IMG/VR virus record: IMGVR_UViG_3300007609_001041
Location: 1 to 64,000 of that record
Strand: one strand, 5' to 3'
Length of the DNA: 64,000 nucleotides
Origin: an uncultured virus (IMG/VR IMGVR_UViG_3300007609_001041)
Taxonomy: Duplodnaviria > Heunggongvirae > Uroviricota > Caudoviricetes
The position numbers were made by a program, and so were the translations under genes. Shown here piece by piece: positions 50,165-59,839 of the stretch. Positions within the stretch are counted from its first letter, which is position 1. Every line of letters starts with the position of its first letter. The notes under the pieces were generated by a model. The model made no database searches and was not told where the DNA came from. It was given only the letters and a program-made list of their open reading frames with translations.

Positions 50165-50766
50165 TAGACGAAATTATTTTTAGAAATGTACTAAAAGAAA
50201 TTAAACAAAATTCAGAATATGCTGACGATATTATTGATTCATTCAGTGACAATCAGTTTATTGCTAAACGCAAAGTTTTAGAATATGCTAATAGATTAAA
50301 TATACTAGATAAAGATTCAGAAGTAATTATTTTTGGATCTTGGTACGGAAGTATTTTAATTCCTGGATTAGTTGATAAAGTAAAAAAAATTAGTTGTATT
50401 GATATTGACAAACGAGTTTTACAAACTGCAAAAAATAGATTCTTCAAAGATTATACCAATATAGATTATATTGCAGGCAACGTATTTGATTTAGATCTCA
50501 AAAGATATCACACGGCTAATCTTTTTATAAACACGTCGTGCGAACATATGCCGTCGATGAAGGAATTTTTATACTGGCCTGACCAAACCCATTTTGTCTT
50601 CACAAGTAATGATATGTTCAACATCGAAGGACACATAAATTGTGTAAACAGTTTAGATGAATTTAAAGAACAATTGCCCGAACGTGCAGAAGTATTGTAT
50701 GAAGAAGAAGTAGAGGATACCAGAGGCACACGTTATATACTAGTCGGAAAAATTAACGGTATTTAA
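50161..50766 (+). CDS. Class I SAM-dependent methyltransferase-like protein
   Basis: VIIFGSWYG motif I, CIDID motif II and INTSCEHM. Confidence 0.7.
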   Translation: MIDEIIFRNVLKEIKQNSEYADDIIDSFSDNQFIAKRKVLEYANRLNILDKDSEVIIFGSWYGSILIPGLVDKVKKISCIDIDKRVLQTAKNRFFKDYTNIDYIAGNVFDLDLKRYHTANLFINTSCEHMPSMKEFLYWPDQTHFVFTSNDMFNIEGHINCVNSLDEFKEQLPERAEVLYEEEVEDTRGTRYILVGKINGI

Positions 50767-52000
50767 TTCGTATACTTCTTGTAAACTGATCTAATTTTTG
50801 ATAAATTTCTTCTACAGTTTTGCCTAGTAGAATTAATTGTCCGTTTTGATGCCCTATACTTGCATTCCAATTGTCTGGTATTACACTCTTAGAAGTTAGT
50901 GTGCTACTAAAATGATGTACACTTTCATCTGCCTCAGGCCAGTCGATACTTTCAATTGTTCCGGGTGCAAATCTAAATTGTTTTCCTAAAGAATAATTAA
51001 ACTGCGTATCATGTTTTTGCGTAAAGTCTGAAATATAGTCTTTCGAATTTAGCTTAACTAATTCTCGAGTTACATTATAACCGTATATTTTATGAAAACT
51101 TGTTGCAGTATGACTACTACCAGGACGCAAATTAGTTTCAATTACGTTAATTACATTTAAATCTTTATCGTAAAAAAATTCTGTTCGTAGAGCACCGTTT
51201 TTGATTTCGAGAACATCTGTTAGTTGTTGTAAAATTGATAGTACTTCGTCTGTTAAGAATTTTGGATCACTAGGGAACAATGCTTCTTCGTAATAGAAAT
51301 AAGGTAATCTTTCTTGCTCTAATTTGCTTTTTTGATCTCTAGCATAATGTGTGTAAGGTTTAATTATACCGTCTTGTACATAACAGTTTACACCACTAAA
51401 ATAATCAGCATCTGTATATTGTTGAACTAGATAATAATCATATTTCTTATCTAAATTCCATCCATTTGAACGATCTTGATCATCCATGAATGATTTTAAT
51501 TCAGCTGCATTATGTATTTGTTTAATTCCGTTGCTTCCTGCCCCGTAGTTAGGTTTTACAATACAGGGATACTCCAATGTTGATAAGTCTTTAATTTCGT
51601 CATATCGATAGGACCAGTCTGGTCTAGGCAAATTTTGATTTTCTAATAATTTATGCCATGCTTCTTTACTTGCACAGTGTGTTGCAGCAACTTCTCCAAT
51701 GCCCTTAAATCCCATACGAGTGTTTACACATGCCATAGCCATGCTAGCATCGTTAGTACATGGGTGTGTAACAGTCATACTAGCGCCACTAGTTTTTGCA
51801 AGATTTACTAATGCATCGATATCCATATAACTTATAATATGAAATTCGTCTATCATGTCTTTTACTGTGTCGTAATAGTATTTGCTAGTAATATCCATAG
51901 GATGTGTTGCTACTATTTTATATCCAAGTGCTTGTGCTTCTCGCATATAAAGATAACTATCATCAAAAACACCAATGTGTAATGCTACTTTATCCGCCAT
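50753..52000 (-). CDS. ATP-grasp ligase
   Basis: YPCIVKPNYGAGSNGI, LVQQY, RTEF and VIETNLRPG; the N- and C-terminal domains resemble amino-acid ligase architecture. Confidence 0.85.
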   Translation of the reverse strand: MADKVALHIGVFDDSYLYMREAQALGYKIVATHPMDITSKYYYDTVKDMIDEFHIISYMDIDALVNLAKTSGASMTVTHPCTNDASMAMACVNTRMGFKGIGEVAATHCASKEAWHKLLENQNLPRPDWSYRYDEIKDLSTLEYPCIVKPNYGAGSNGIKQIHNAAELKSFMDDQDRSNGWNLDKKYDYYLVQQYTDADYFSGVNCYVQDGIIKPYTHYARDQKSKLEQERLPYFYYEEALFPSDPKFLTDEVLSILQQLTDVLEIKNGALRTEFFYDKDLNVINVIETNLRPGSSHTATSFHKIYGYNVTRELVKLNSKDYISDFTQKHDTQFNYSLGKQFRFAPGTIESIDWPEADESVHHFSSTLTSKSVIPDNWNASIGHQNGQLILLGKTVEEIYQKLDQFTRSIRIKYR

Positions 52001-53444
52001 AAATATCTCTTATATCTTTGCCTGTAATTTTTTTATATCGTTCTACTAGAAATGTTGGTGAGTCTAACGCAAATTTGTAACCTAAATCTCTGCAATGATT
52101 GCGTAATCTAAACCATCTTTCAATTCTTACTTTTTGTGTGTTATCACCGATTTCCCATGCTCCTACATCGTCATAGTCTACACCCATTTCTTGAAACTGA
52201 TCGAATAGCGGCGTGCCTGGATAGATTCGCATAGTTGCTCCGAGACTGACTTGAAAAACTGTTCCATCTTTTGCATACTTGGCATTTCGAGTAAACATGT
52301 CCATAGTTTCTTGAAATTCTTCCTCGCCTTCGCCCGGGTATCCAATTAGCATCATCATTACAGTATCGATGCCGTTTTTAGAACATTGTTCCAAAGTGTA
52401 GTCAATATCAACAGCTCTAGCACCCTTTTTCATTGCATTAAGAACTTTTTGACTGCCGCTCTCGATACCTAACAGCATTCTAGTACATCCGCTCTTTGAT
52501 AACTTTTCGTATATTTCTGGACCTTGCGAATTAGGAGGTCTCACAATAAATTGTCCTCCCCATTTTACACCATCTAAATTTTCTTCAATGAGTGTGTCCA
52601 TCATTGCATCCATTTGGGGAATATTACCGTTTAGTAAACTATCTGTAAAATAAAACTCTTTTATTCCTGGATGCGTCTTAACTTGATGTATAATTTCTTT
52701 TGCAATAGTTACTCCGCTTTTACTAGTAAAAGATGGCCAGCGTTTGCCTACATCACAAAACTTACAACGTCTAATACACCCTCTACTTCCAGTTAAGTAT
52801 AACAGATCTGTTCCTTTTGGATCTTCAAATGGATCTCTAAACAAATGACTATATTGTGACAAGTCATAATCTGTATAATCAGCAAACGGAAGTGAATCTA
52901 ACTCTTTCATCTGTATAGGAAACTTTCCGTTTATTCCTGGATAGTCTGTATTTCCGTTAAGCAGATGTAGTATAGGATTTTCTCCTTCTGCTTCCACATA
53001 TGCATAAATTCTATCTTGTTTAAGATTAGTAGGCCCGTAATCAGGTGATGCACCCGGTCCTCCTAATATAACTTTAACTTCGGGCAATCTAATAAGTATT
53101 TCGTCTAAGAACAAGTCACACATTACAAGTTGCCAATGACTTAATAATGTTATACCAACAAACTTTGGATTATAACCTGCAATTTTCTCTACAGCCTGTT
53201 CTACTAACGGAACAAATATATGTTTAACTTTTTCAAAATATTTCTTGTTAATTAGTGTTTGGTCGTTGTCTAGCCAAAGATGAGCATATTCGTCTTTTAC
53301 AATATTCCAAAATTCTACATTAAAGTCAATACATTTACTAGTATAACCATGTTCTTCGACAACTGCCTTTAGTGCTGCTGGCCCAATAAGAGGGCTTTGT
53401 ACTTCAAATTTTGGAATACTAATAAAAACAATATCTTTATTCAT
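51990..53444 (-). CDS. Cobalamin-binding-type radical SAM enzyme (class B methyltransferase-like)
   Basis: N-terminal B12-binding-like domain (P.IGPAALKA...VGIT...ILGGP...EGE), SRGCIRRCKFC, FTDS, GIESGS and IGYPGE. Confidence 0.88.
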   Translation of the reverse strand: MNKDIVFISIPKFEVQSPLIGPAALKAVVEEHGYTSKCIDFNVEFWNIVKDEYAHLWLDNDQTLINKKYFEKVKHIFVPLVEQAVEKIAGYNPKFVGITLLSHWQLVMCDLFLDEILIRLPEVKVILGGPGASPDYGPTNLKQDRIYAYVEAEGENPILHLLNGNTDYPGINGKFPIQMKELDSLPFADYTDYDLSQYSHLFRDPFEDPKGTDLLYLTGSRGCIRRCKFCDVGKRWPSFTSKSGVTIAKEIIHQVKTHPGIKEFYFTDSLLNGNIPQMDAMMDTLIEENLDGVKWGGQFIVRPPNSQGPEIYEKLSKSGCTRMLLGIESGSQKVLNAMKKGARAVDIDYTLEQCSKNGIDTVMMMLIGYPGEGEEEFQETMDMFTRNAKYAKDGTVFQVSLGATMRIYPGTPLFDQFQEMGVDYDDVGAWEIGDNTQKVRIERWFRLRNHCRDLGYKFALDSPTFLVERYKKITGKDIRDIYGG

Positions 53445-54183
53445 AAGTTCGATTTACCCTTCCTAAGTATATGAGAACAGCATATACTATAGTAGTTATC
53501 ACACTTACTGATAAGACACTTGGACTAATGATGTCAGTAACATAACTCCACATAATAATTGGAAGAGTTTGAGTACTATGATCTAATAACAACAACGCTA
53601 CAATAAACTCGTCAAAACTAGTAATAAACGCAAGAGAACATCCTGCAAGCAATCCGGGCAACATAACTGGAAGTTGTATATCTTTTAATATTTGAAAACT
53701 ATTTGCACCGCATAGTCTAGCACTTTTTGCAATATTTTCATCATAGTTATTTAGACTACTTAGCGTCATTAAAATTACATAAGGAACACATAAAACAGTA
53801 TGTGCTATAATAAGATTGATAAAACTGTTAGTAAACCCTATATCATTAAAAAAGAAAATCCAGCCAAGGCCAATAATGATACTCGGTATTACAATAGGAC
53901 TGATTATTACACTTAGAACTATTCCGTTTCTATATTGGTTCAACCACAACGCCGCAGGAACAGATAGTAGTATACAACTAATAACAGTATATGCTCCTAC
54001 TTGAAAACTAGTTACAATACTTTTATACCACATAGGATCTGTAAATAATTGGTTATACCATTTCAAGCTGAACTCAAAATCAGAAATTTTAAAATAGTTT
54101 CCACCGTCAACGCTAAACAAAATAATAACCAACATAGGCATTAACAAATATAAGAACATGCCATAAGCAAATAATCTAAGCAC
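53437..54183 (-). CDS. potC: ABC transporter permease, PotC-like
   Basis: Hydrophobic; FSLKWY, AKSARLCGAN (EAA loop), FITSFDEF and TLPI. Likely start GTG 54183 after an AAGGAG RBS. Confidence 0.82.
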   Translation of the reverse strand: MLRLFAYGMFLYLLMPMLVIILFSVDGGNYFKISDFEFSLKWYNQLFTDPMWYKSIVTSFQVGAYTVISCILLSVPAALWLNQYRNGIVLSVIISPIVIPSIIIGLGWIFFFNDIGFTNSFINLIIAHTVLCVPYVILMTLSSLNNYDENIAKSARLCGANSFQILKDIQLPVMLPGLLAGCSLAFITSFDEFIVALLLLDHSTQTLPIIMWSYVTDIISPSVLSVSVITTIVYAVLIYLGRVNRTYE

Positions 54184-55162
54184 GGGCGTCTCCTTTAAAG
54201 TTAATACGATAATAAACATAAAACAACATTAAACTAGTTGATAGCATAATAACTGTTAGCGCACTTGCTAGGCCCCAGTTTAATGTATATTGAACTTGTC
54301 TAATTATTTGTTCTGTAACAAACAGGCCTTTACTTCCACCTAACAGACTTGGAGTAATATAGTATCCAGTAACACTCATAAATGTTAGTATGGTGCTGTT
54401 TGCAATACCTTTGATTGTTTGCGGCAAATACACATATCTAAATGTTTGAAATTTATTAGCACCTGAAATTGTACTTACTTTAATTAAATCGTTATTAACA
54501 TTTTTCATAGCAAGATATATAGGTAATACACTTAGTGGCAGTGCGATATATACACTGCCTATATAAATTGCTGTAATTGTATTCATAAGATCGAAAGGTT
54601 GTAACAATAATATCCAACTAACTGTACGACTTAAGAAGCTACTAAACAGCGGAATCAACACAACAAATAGTGCAATCTTAGCTGCTTTGCCTTTTAGTTT
54701 AGTAAGATAATATGCAAGAGGATACGCTACTACTAAGCAAATGGCTGTAATAATTGCACTAAGAAGATATGTCCTTCCTATAACTTTTAAGTATAAGTCG
54801 TTAAATGCACGTTTAAAATTAGCAAATGTATAAGGCTTTACTTCTTGTTCTATTACACTCCAAAATGCAGGGTCTTGCCATCCAGGGTGTTCTAAACCTT
54901 TTCTAAACATACTTCGTGTTTTGTGATAGTGATGATTAAGGTAGGTGATAGATCTACGACTGTCCTCACGGGCTAAGTCACTTTTTATAGCTTCAGTCCG
55001 GTCTCCGCCGTTAACTACGTAGTCGGTTATGTTTGGAAGATAACGTTCAACAGTTGTGTTGTAAACACTATTTTTAAGAATTTCACCTAGTGGAAGGAGA
55101 AAGAACACTGCTAGAAAAAATACTAGCGGTATAATCTTTCCATGTTTCGCAAACAAATTCAT
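54176..55162 (-). CDS. potB: ABC transporter permease, PotB-like
   Basis: Hydrophobic; AYPLAY, LPIY..M, GA..FQTFR.VYLP, GYYITPSLLGG and NWGLASAL. Confidence 0.85.
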   Translation of the reverse strand: MNLFAKHGKIIPLVFFLAVFFLLPLGEILKNSVYNTTVERYLPNITDYVVNGGDRTEAIKSDLAREDSRRSITYLNHHYHKTRSMFRKGLEHPGWQDPAFWSVIEQEVKPYTFANFKRAFNDLYLKVIGRTYLLSAIITAICLVVAYPLAYYLTKLKGKAAKIALFVVLIPLFSSFLSRTVSWILLLQPFDLMNTITAIYIGSVYIALPLSVLPIYLAMKNVNNDLIKVSTISGANKFQTFRYVYLPQTIKGIANSTILTFMSVTGYYITPSLLGGSKGLFVTEQIIRQVQYTLNWGLASALTVIMLSTSLMLFYVYYRINFKGDARA

Positions 55163-55826
55163 TTACAAAATCACTCCTAGGATTATCAAGAATTTCTGTA
55201 GGACTGCCTACTTGCTCTACTTTTCCTTGATTCATAATAACAATAGTGTCGCACATATTAAATGCTTCAGTGAAGTCGTGTGTGACGTACACTACTGTTG
55301 TATTTTTAAGTAGCTGTTTAATATCTTTTTGTAATTTAATTCTTAGCTTTAAGTCTAGCGATGCTAAAGGTTCGTCCATTAGTATAACATCTGGATTATA
55401 TACTAATGCCCTTGCAATTGCAACTCGCTGTTGTTGCCCACCGCTTAATTGTTTAGGATATTTATCAGCATGTTCTTCCATTCCTATAACATTTAAAATA
55501 TTAGATACAGCGGATGTATTCTTGCCTTTTACTCTCAATGGATATGCTATATTTTCATAAGCAGTCATATTAGGAAATAAACTAAAGTTTTGAAACACCA
55601 TTCCTAGTGGTCTTTTATTACTACTTAGGCTAGTAATATCCAAACCGTTAACTATTACTTGTCCACAGTCTGGTGTTTCAAACCCTGTAATGCAATTAAG
55701 TAGGGTACTTTTGCCGCTGCCACTAGGTCCTAGAACAGCGACATTCGATCCAGAAGAAACATTAAAAGTTACATCATCGAGAACTTTATCTCGAAATGTT
55801 TTGCTAATGTTCTTTATTTCTAGCAT
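55083..55826 (-). CDS. potA: ABC transporter ATPase, PotA-like, lacking the usual C-terminal regulatory domain
   Basis: GPSGSGKST, VFQNFSLFP, LSGGQQQRVAIARAL, MDEP and VTHD; only 247 aa. Confidence 0.88.
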   Translation of the reverse strand: MLEIKNISKTFRDKVLDDVTFNVSSGSNVAVLGPSGSGKSTLLNCITGFETPDCGQVIVNGLDITSLSSNKRPLGMVFQNFSLFPNMTAYENIAYPLRVKGKNTSAVSNILNVIGMEEHADKYPKQLSGGQQQRVAIARALVYNPDVILMDEPLASLDLKLRIKLQKDIKQLLKNTTVVYVTHDFTEAFNMCDTIVIMNQGKVEQVGSPTEILDNPRSDFVNEFVCETWKDYTASIFSSSVLSPSTR

Positions 55827-56911
55827 TAGTCTAAGAGCCAGGCTTCCCAGCGTTCATTGATGCGTTCGCCATTGTCAGCCCACCATGCGCCGTCACGTGG
55901 AATGCTACCAGTATAGTTATTAGGGTTAGTAACCATTTCGGCTTCCATGTCTGATCCAGTGTCTACCGAAGTCCAGTTGCCTGAATTTAAATCAATTGAA
56001 CTCTTACGTGTAGGCGAGTAAGGAATAATACGACTAATTAGTGCTAGTGTTTCTGTACTAGTAGCATGTTGCAAAAACGCCTTTACTTCAGGAGTCATTT
56101 GTCCTTTTGCTACTACCCAAGGAGAAACTGTATAAATTTGTGCATCCCAAATTTGCTCAATGCTTTGTCCGTCTACGTTCTTGGCTTTCCAAAAACGTCC
56201 ATTATAGCTTGCTAAAATTTGTACTTGTCCTGCACTCAATTGTTGAATACCAGCGGCTGCTTTGTCCCACCATACAATATGATCTTTAATAGTATCTAAC
56301 TTAGCAAATGCACGATCGAGTCCTTCGTCAGTTGCTAGTACATCACGTACAATGTTTCGATCCACTCCATCGGCAATCAGTGCCCATTCTAAGTTATTGT
56401 AAGGACGGCGTTGTAATCCTCGCTTTCCTGGAAACTGTTCAACATCAAATACATCGTAAATTGTTTGTGGTGCGTTGTTAGCGTATGTTTCTGGATCGTA
56501 TCCAAACTGAATACTGTATACTGCCTGTGGTGCCACACAATCTTTTAGCATACCAGGAAGAAAGTCCTCACTAGGTAGTGTACCGTCTGGTGCAGGCAGC
56601 AACACATCGTCGTGATTAAAGTTTTCTACTAAACCGTCTTCGCATGCAATAGCAAGTGCTTCCTGAGGAATATCAATTACATCATATGTAATGTTTCCTG
56701 TTTCAATTTGTGTACGCAATGCTGCTAGTGCAGAGTGTGCATTTTTGATAACGTTTACAGTTACATCTGGATTCTGCTCAATAAACGGATCAATTGCTGC
56801 TCTTTGTTGTGCTTCGCCCCATGCACCGCCATAATTTACAATATTTACAGTACTGTCAGCATATGCTGAACTTGCAACAAGTGCTAGAACTGTCATAAAG
56901 GTATATTTCAT
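55826..56911 (-). CDS. potD: ABC transporter substrate-binding protein, PotD/PotF (polyamine-type) family
   Basis: Signal peptide ending AYA, YGGAW, FD.EQFPGKRGL, LEWALIADGV, DRAFAKLDTIK..IVWW, YNGR and ERWEAWL. The true ligand cannot be determined from sequence. Confidence 0.82.
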   Translation of the reverse strand: MKYTFMTVLALVASSAYADSTVNIVNYGGAWGEAQQRAAIDPFIEQNPDVTVNVIKNAHSALAALRTQIETGNITYDVIDIPQEALAIACEDGLVENFNHDDVLLPAPDGTLPSEDFLPGMLKDCVAPQAVYSIQFGYDPETYANNAPQTIYDVFDVEQFPGKRGLQRRPYNNLEWALIADGVDRNIVRDVLATDEGLDRAFAKLDTIKDHIVWWDKAAAGIQQLSAGQVQILASYNGRFWKAKNVDGQSIEQIWDAQIYTVSPWVVAKGQMTPEVKAFLQHATSTETLALISRIIPYSPTRKSSIDLNSGNWTSVDTGSDMEAEMVTNPNNYTGSIPRDGAWWADNGERINERWEAWLLD

Positions 56912-56985
56912 TTCATCTCCTGTAAGTCTTACTATAGTAATTATCTACGTATATAACTTAGATATTTACTTCTGACATACTAATA

Positions 56986-57014
56986 ATAATACTACAATCA
57001 GCTCTAGTAGTCAA
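56986..57014 (-). promoter_or_regulatory. Sigma70-type promoter for the pot / B12 radical SAM / ATP-grasp operon
   Basis: Minus strand reads TTGACT (57014-57009), 17 nt, TATTAT (56991-56986); a late-like AGTAAATA also lies at 56970-56963. Confidence 0.62.
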
Positions 57015-57042
57015 CTGTTTTATCGAGCATATATAATATACA

Positions 57043-57897
57043 ATGTCATATAAAGTAACACATAATCACCATCTTAGCGTTCGCAAAACAACAGATTATA
57101 TTGTAAAATTAGGTCGTTGTGAGAACATGCCTATGGATTTTAAATCTGAAGCATTACGAGCTGCTAAGTTAATAGCAAAAGAATCTAATAATATATGGAT
57201 TAGTTACAGCGGCGGTATAGACAGTGAGTTTATTATTCAAGTGTTTCTTGAAGCAGGCATCCAATTTAGAGTTGCCACAATTGTTATGAAAGACGGATCT
57301 AACGATTACGATCTACAGCACAGTAGAAATTTTTGTAAACGTATGGGTATCAAGCTACACGAATTTGAAATTGATTTAGAAGAGTTTTATAAAAATGATC
57401 TAGAAACATATGCTGTTGCAACTAATTGTATTAGTCCACAGTTTCCGGTGCATATGTGGTTATGGGATCAACTAGATGGATTTATAGTTGCAGGCCACGG
57501 TGATCCAATCTTTAAACGTAAAGATTCTAGATGGTATCTTCAAATTCAAAAAAAAGAAGACAGCGTATTTAGATATGCTCAGTGGAGAAATAGAAACATG
57601 GCTCCGGGATTTTACGTATATACTCCGGAACTTCTACTAAGTTTTATGCTAGAAAAAGAAGTAAGTAATATGTTTATTGCTCCTAAGTTAGCAGGGTTAA
57701 GAGATATTGCACAAGTCAAACATCTGGTTTATTCTAAATATTACGATATGGTCGAAAGAGAAAAAAGAACTGGCTTTGAGTTAGTAGATAACTTAAACAA
57801 TGAATATAAAATACATTTAGAAAATACAATACCCGGACATGGCGTATTTCTACAATCAGTAGAAGACCTATTACATAGAATTTGGCCTAAACTATGA
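57043..57897 (+). CDS. PP-loop (adenine nucleotide alpha-hydrolase) ATP-dependent enzyme, asparagine-synthetase-like
   Basis: ISYSGGIDSE PP-loop, AGHGDP and REKRTGFE. Confidence 0.7.
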   Translation: MSYKVTHNHHLSVRKTTDYIVKLGRCENMPMDFKSEALRAAKLIAKESNNIWISYSGGIDSEFIIQVFLEAGIQFRVATIVMKDGSNDYDLQHSRNFCKRMGIKLHEFEIDLEEFYKNDLETYAVATNCISPQFPVHMWLWDQLDGFIVAGHGDPIFKRKDSRWYLQIQKKEDSVFRYAQWRNRNMAPGFYVYTPELLLSFMLEKEVSNMFIAPKLAGLRDIAQVKHLVYSKYYDMVEREKRTGFELVDNLNNEYKIHLENTIPGHGVFLQSVEDLLHRIWPKL

Positions 57898-58343
57898 TTA
57901 TTAAACAAGTAGATTTTGAAACAGTGTTACCTGCGTGGGAAAACAATCTTTGGCCTAATCGCAAAGATCCTATTAAACCTACAAATAATATTTGTTATCT
58001 AGGTGGAAGAGATAAAGATATTAATAATCAAACACCTGTATTTTTTGCCGTGTACGATAATAAAACTATAGTAGGTGTAAACAGCGGCTTTCCTACACTA
58101 CACGGAGGATTTCGTAGTAGAGGTATTTGGGTTGATCCGGCATATAGAGAAAAAGGTGTTGGGGCAATGTTGCTAAATGCTGTAATTGATTATGCTCGAG
58201 AGAATGAATATTCTTATGCATGGAGTATGCCAAGACAAAGTGCTCTATCAGCATATACTAATGTAGGCTTTGAGCAAACAAGCGATTTTTTTGACGAAGG
58301 CGTAGAGTTTGGTCCTAACTGTTTTGTAAGGATTGATCTATGA
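57894..58343 (+). CDS. GNAT family acetyltransferase
   Basis: IWVDPAYREKGVGAMLL (motif A) and AYTNVGF. Confidence 0.88.
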   Translation: MIIKQVDFETVLPAWENNLWPNRKDPIKPTNNICYLGGRDKDINNQTPVFFAVYDNKTIVGVNSGFPTLHGGFRSRGIWVDPAYREKGVGAMLLNAVIDYARENEYSYAWSMPRQSALSAYTNVGFEQTSDFFDEGVEFGPNCFVRIDL

Positions 58344-59812
58344 CTGATGTAGTTTTAGTTACTTTACCTAAAATGGAAATTAGAGCACCCTTAATTGGCC
58401 CGGCTGCTCTTAAAAGTATATGCGAAGCAGATGGGTACTCTGTACATTGCGTTGACTTTAATATCGAACTATATCATCAATTGCGAACACAAGTTCCTGA
58501 ATGGTGGATTTATAATGATCAAACATTTATGCAAGACGATTTATTTGACGAAGCATGGACTACTATATTAGAACCTATAGTTCACAGCTGGTGTAAAAAA
58601 CTACAAGACCTAAATCCTAAAGTAATTGGTGTTACAGTATTAAGCATGTGGACCGAACGTATCTGTAATAAGTTTTTGCAAACACTAGAATTATATTGTC
58701 CAGATACCCGTGTAGTATTAGGGGGACCGGGAACACAGCCAGCATATGGTCCAAAGATGCTAGAAGCAAAAAAAATTGATGCATACATTACAGGCGAAGG
58801 CGAAGTTAGTTTTTTAGAATATCTTAGAGGCAACAAATATTATCCTGGAATAAATGGCAATCCTGCTGAACAGATTGGAGATATGAATACATTACCGTTT
58901 CCTGACTATAGTGATTTTGATTTATCAAAATATAGCAGCACTTGGTGGGAACCTCACAAAGAGCCAACAGGGTGTAAATGGTTGTATATTACAGGCACTC
59001 GGGGGTGTATTAAGCGATGCACTTTTTGTAATGTAGGATCAATATGGCCAAAGTTTGTTAGCAAAACAGGTGAAACTATTGCTAAAGAAATAAAACATTA
59101 TATGGATACTACAGGAGTAACTCACTATTATTTTACTGACAGTTTACTCAATGGTAATGTAAAGAATCTAGAAGAAATGGTAGACGCTATTATTTCTTTA
59201 GGTATTAAGCCTACTATAAAAGGACAATGGATTGCTCGTGGTAAAGATTTAATTAATAGTGAGCTATGGAAAAAGATGGGCAGAGCAGGTTTCAAACAAC
59301 TCTTAGTGGGTATCGAAAGTGGAAGTTATAAAACACGCAACGAAATGAAAAAGGGTGTTAGAGAAGAAGATATAGAATATACATTTGAACAAGCAAGCAA
59401 AAACAAAATTAGATGTATACCGTTGCTTATGGTAGGATATCCAACAGAGACAGCAGAAGATTTTGAGGAAAATATTAAATTTTGGACTAGGTATAAAAAA
59501 TATAATGACAATGGTACTATTCTAAAACCTAGTGTGATGGCAACGAATATTTTACCAGACACTCCTCTACATCATAAATTTACCGGAAACGGACTAGAGT
59601 ATGACGATTTAGGTAACTGGGTATATAAAGACAACACTATGAAAGTTCGAATCGAACGCTGGTTTAGATATCGAGACGAGGCACATCGCTTAGGTTATGA
59701 ACTTACTTTAGATACTCCTAAACATCTCATAAGAGAATACAAGCGTATTACTGGAATAGATCTTAGTGAAGAATACAAACTCAAAGATACAGAAGAAATA
59801 TGGAATGATTGA
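58340..59812 (+). CDS. Cobalamin-binding-type radical SAM enzyme, paralog of 51990..53444
   Basis: PLIGPAALK, VLGGPG, GEGE, TRGCIKRCTFC, FTDSLLNG, GIESGS and VGYPTET. Confidence 0.88.
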   Translation: MTDVVLVTLPKMEIRAPLIGPAALKSICEADGYSVHCVDFNIELYHQLRTQVPEWWIYNDQTFMQDDLFDEAWTTILEPIVHSWCKKLQDLNPKVIGVTVLSMWTERICNKFLQTLELYCPDTRVVLGGPGTQPAYGPKMLEAKKIDAYITGEGEVSFLEYLRGNKYYPGINGNPAEQIGDMNTLPFPDYSDFDLSKYSSTWWEPHKEPTGCKWLYITGTRGCIKRCTFCNVGSIWPKFVSKTGETIAKEIKHYMDTTGVTHYYFTDSLLNGNVKNLEEMVDAIISLGIKPTIKGQWIARGKDLINSELWKKMGRAGFKQLLVGIESGSYKTRNEMKKGVREEDIEYTFEQASKNKIRCIPLLMVGYPTETAEDFEENIKFWTRYKKYNDNGTILKPSVMATNILPDTPLHHKFTGNGLEYDDLGNWVYKDNTMKVRIERWFRYRDEAHRLGYELTLDTPKHLIREYKRITGIDLSEEYKLKDTEEIWND

Positions 59813-59839
59813 TACATATTTAATAAAGGATTAAACAAT

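Noticed and set aside
53437..56911. Host chromosome or prophage boundary at the ABC transporter
   Set aside because: The genes are AT-rich, shortened and overlap phage-type neighbours, and phage late genes continue on both sides. No integrase or att site was seen.
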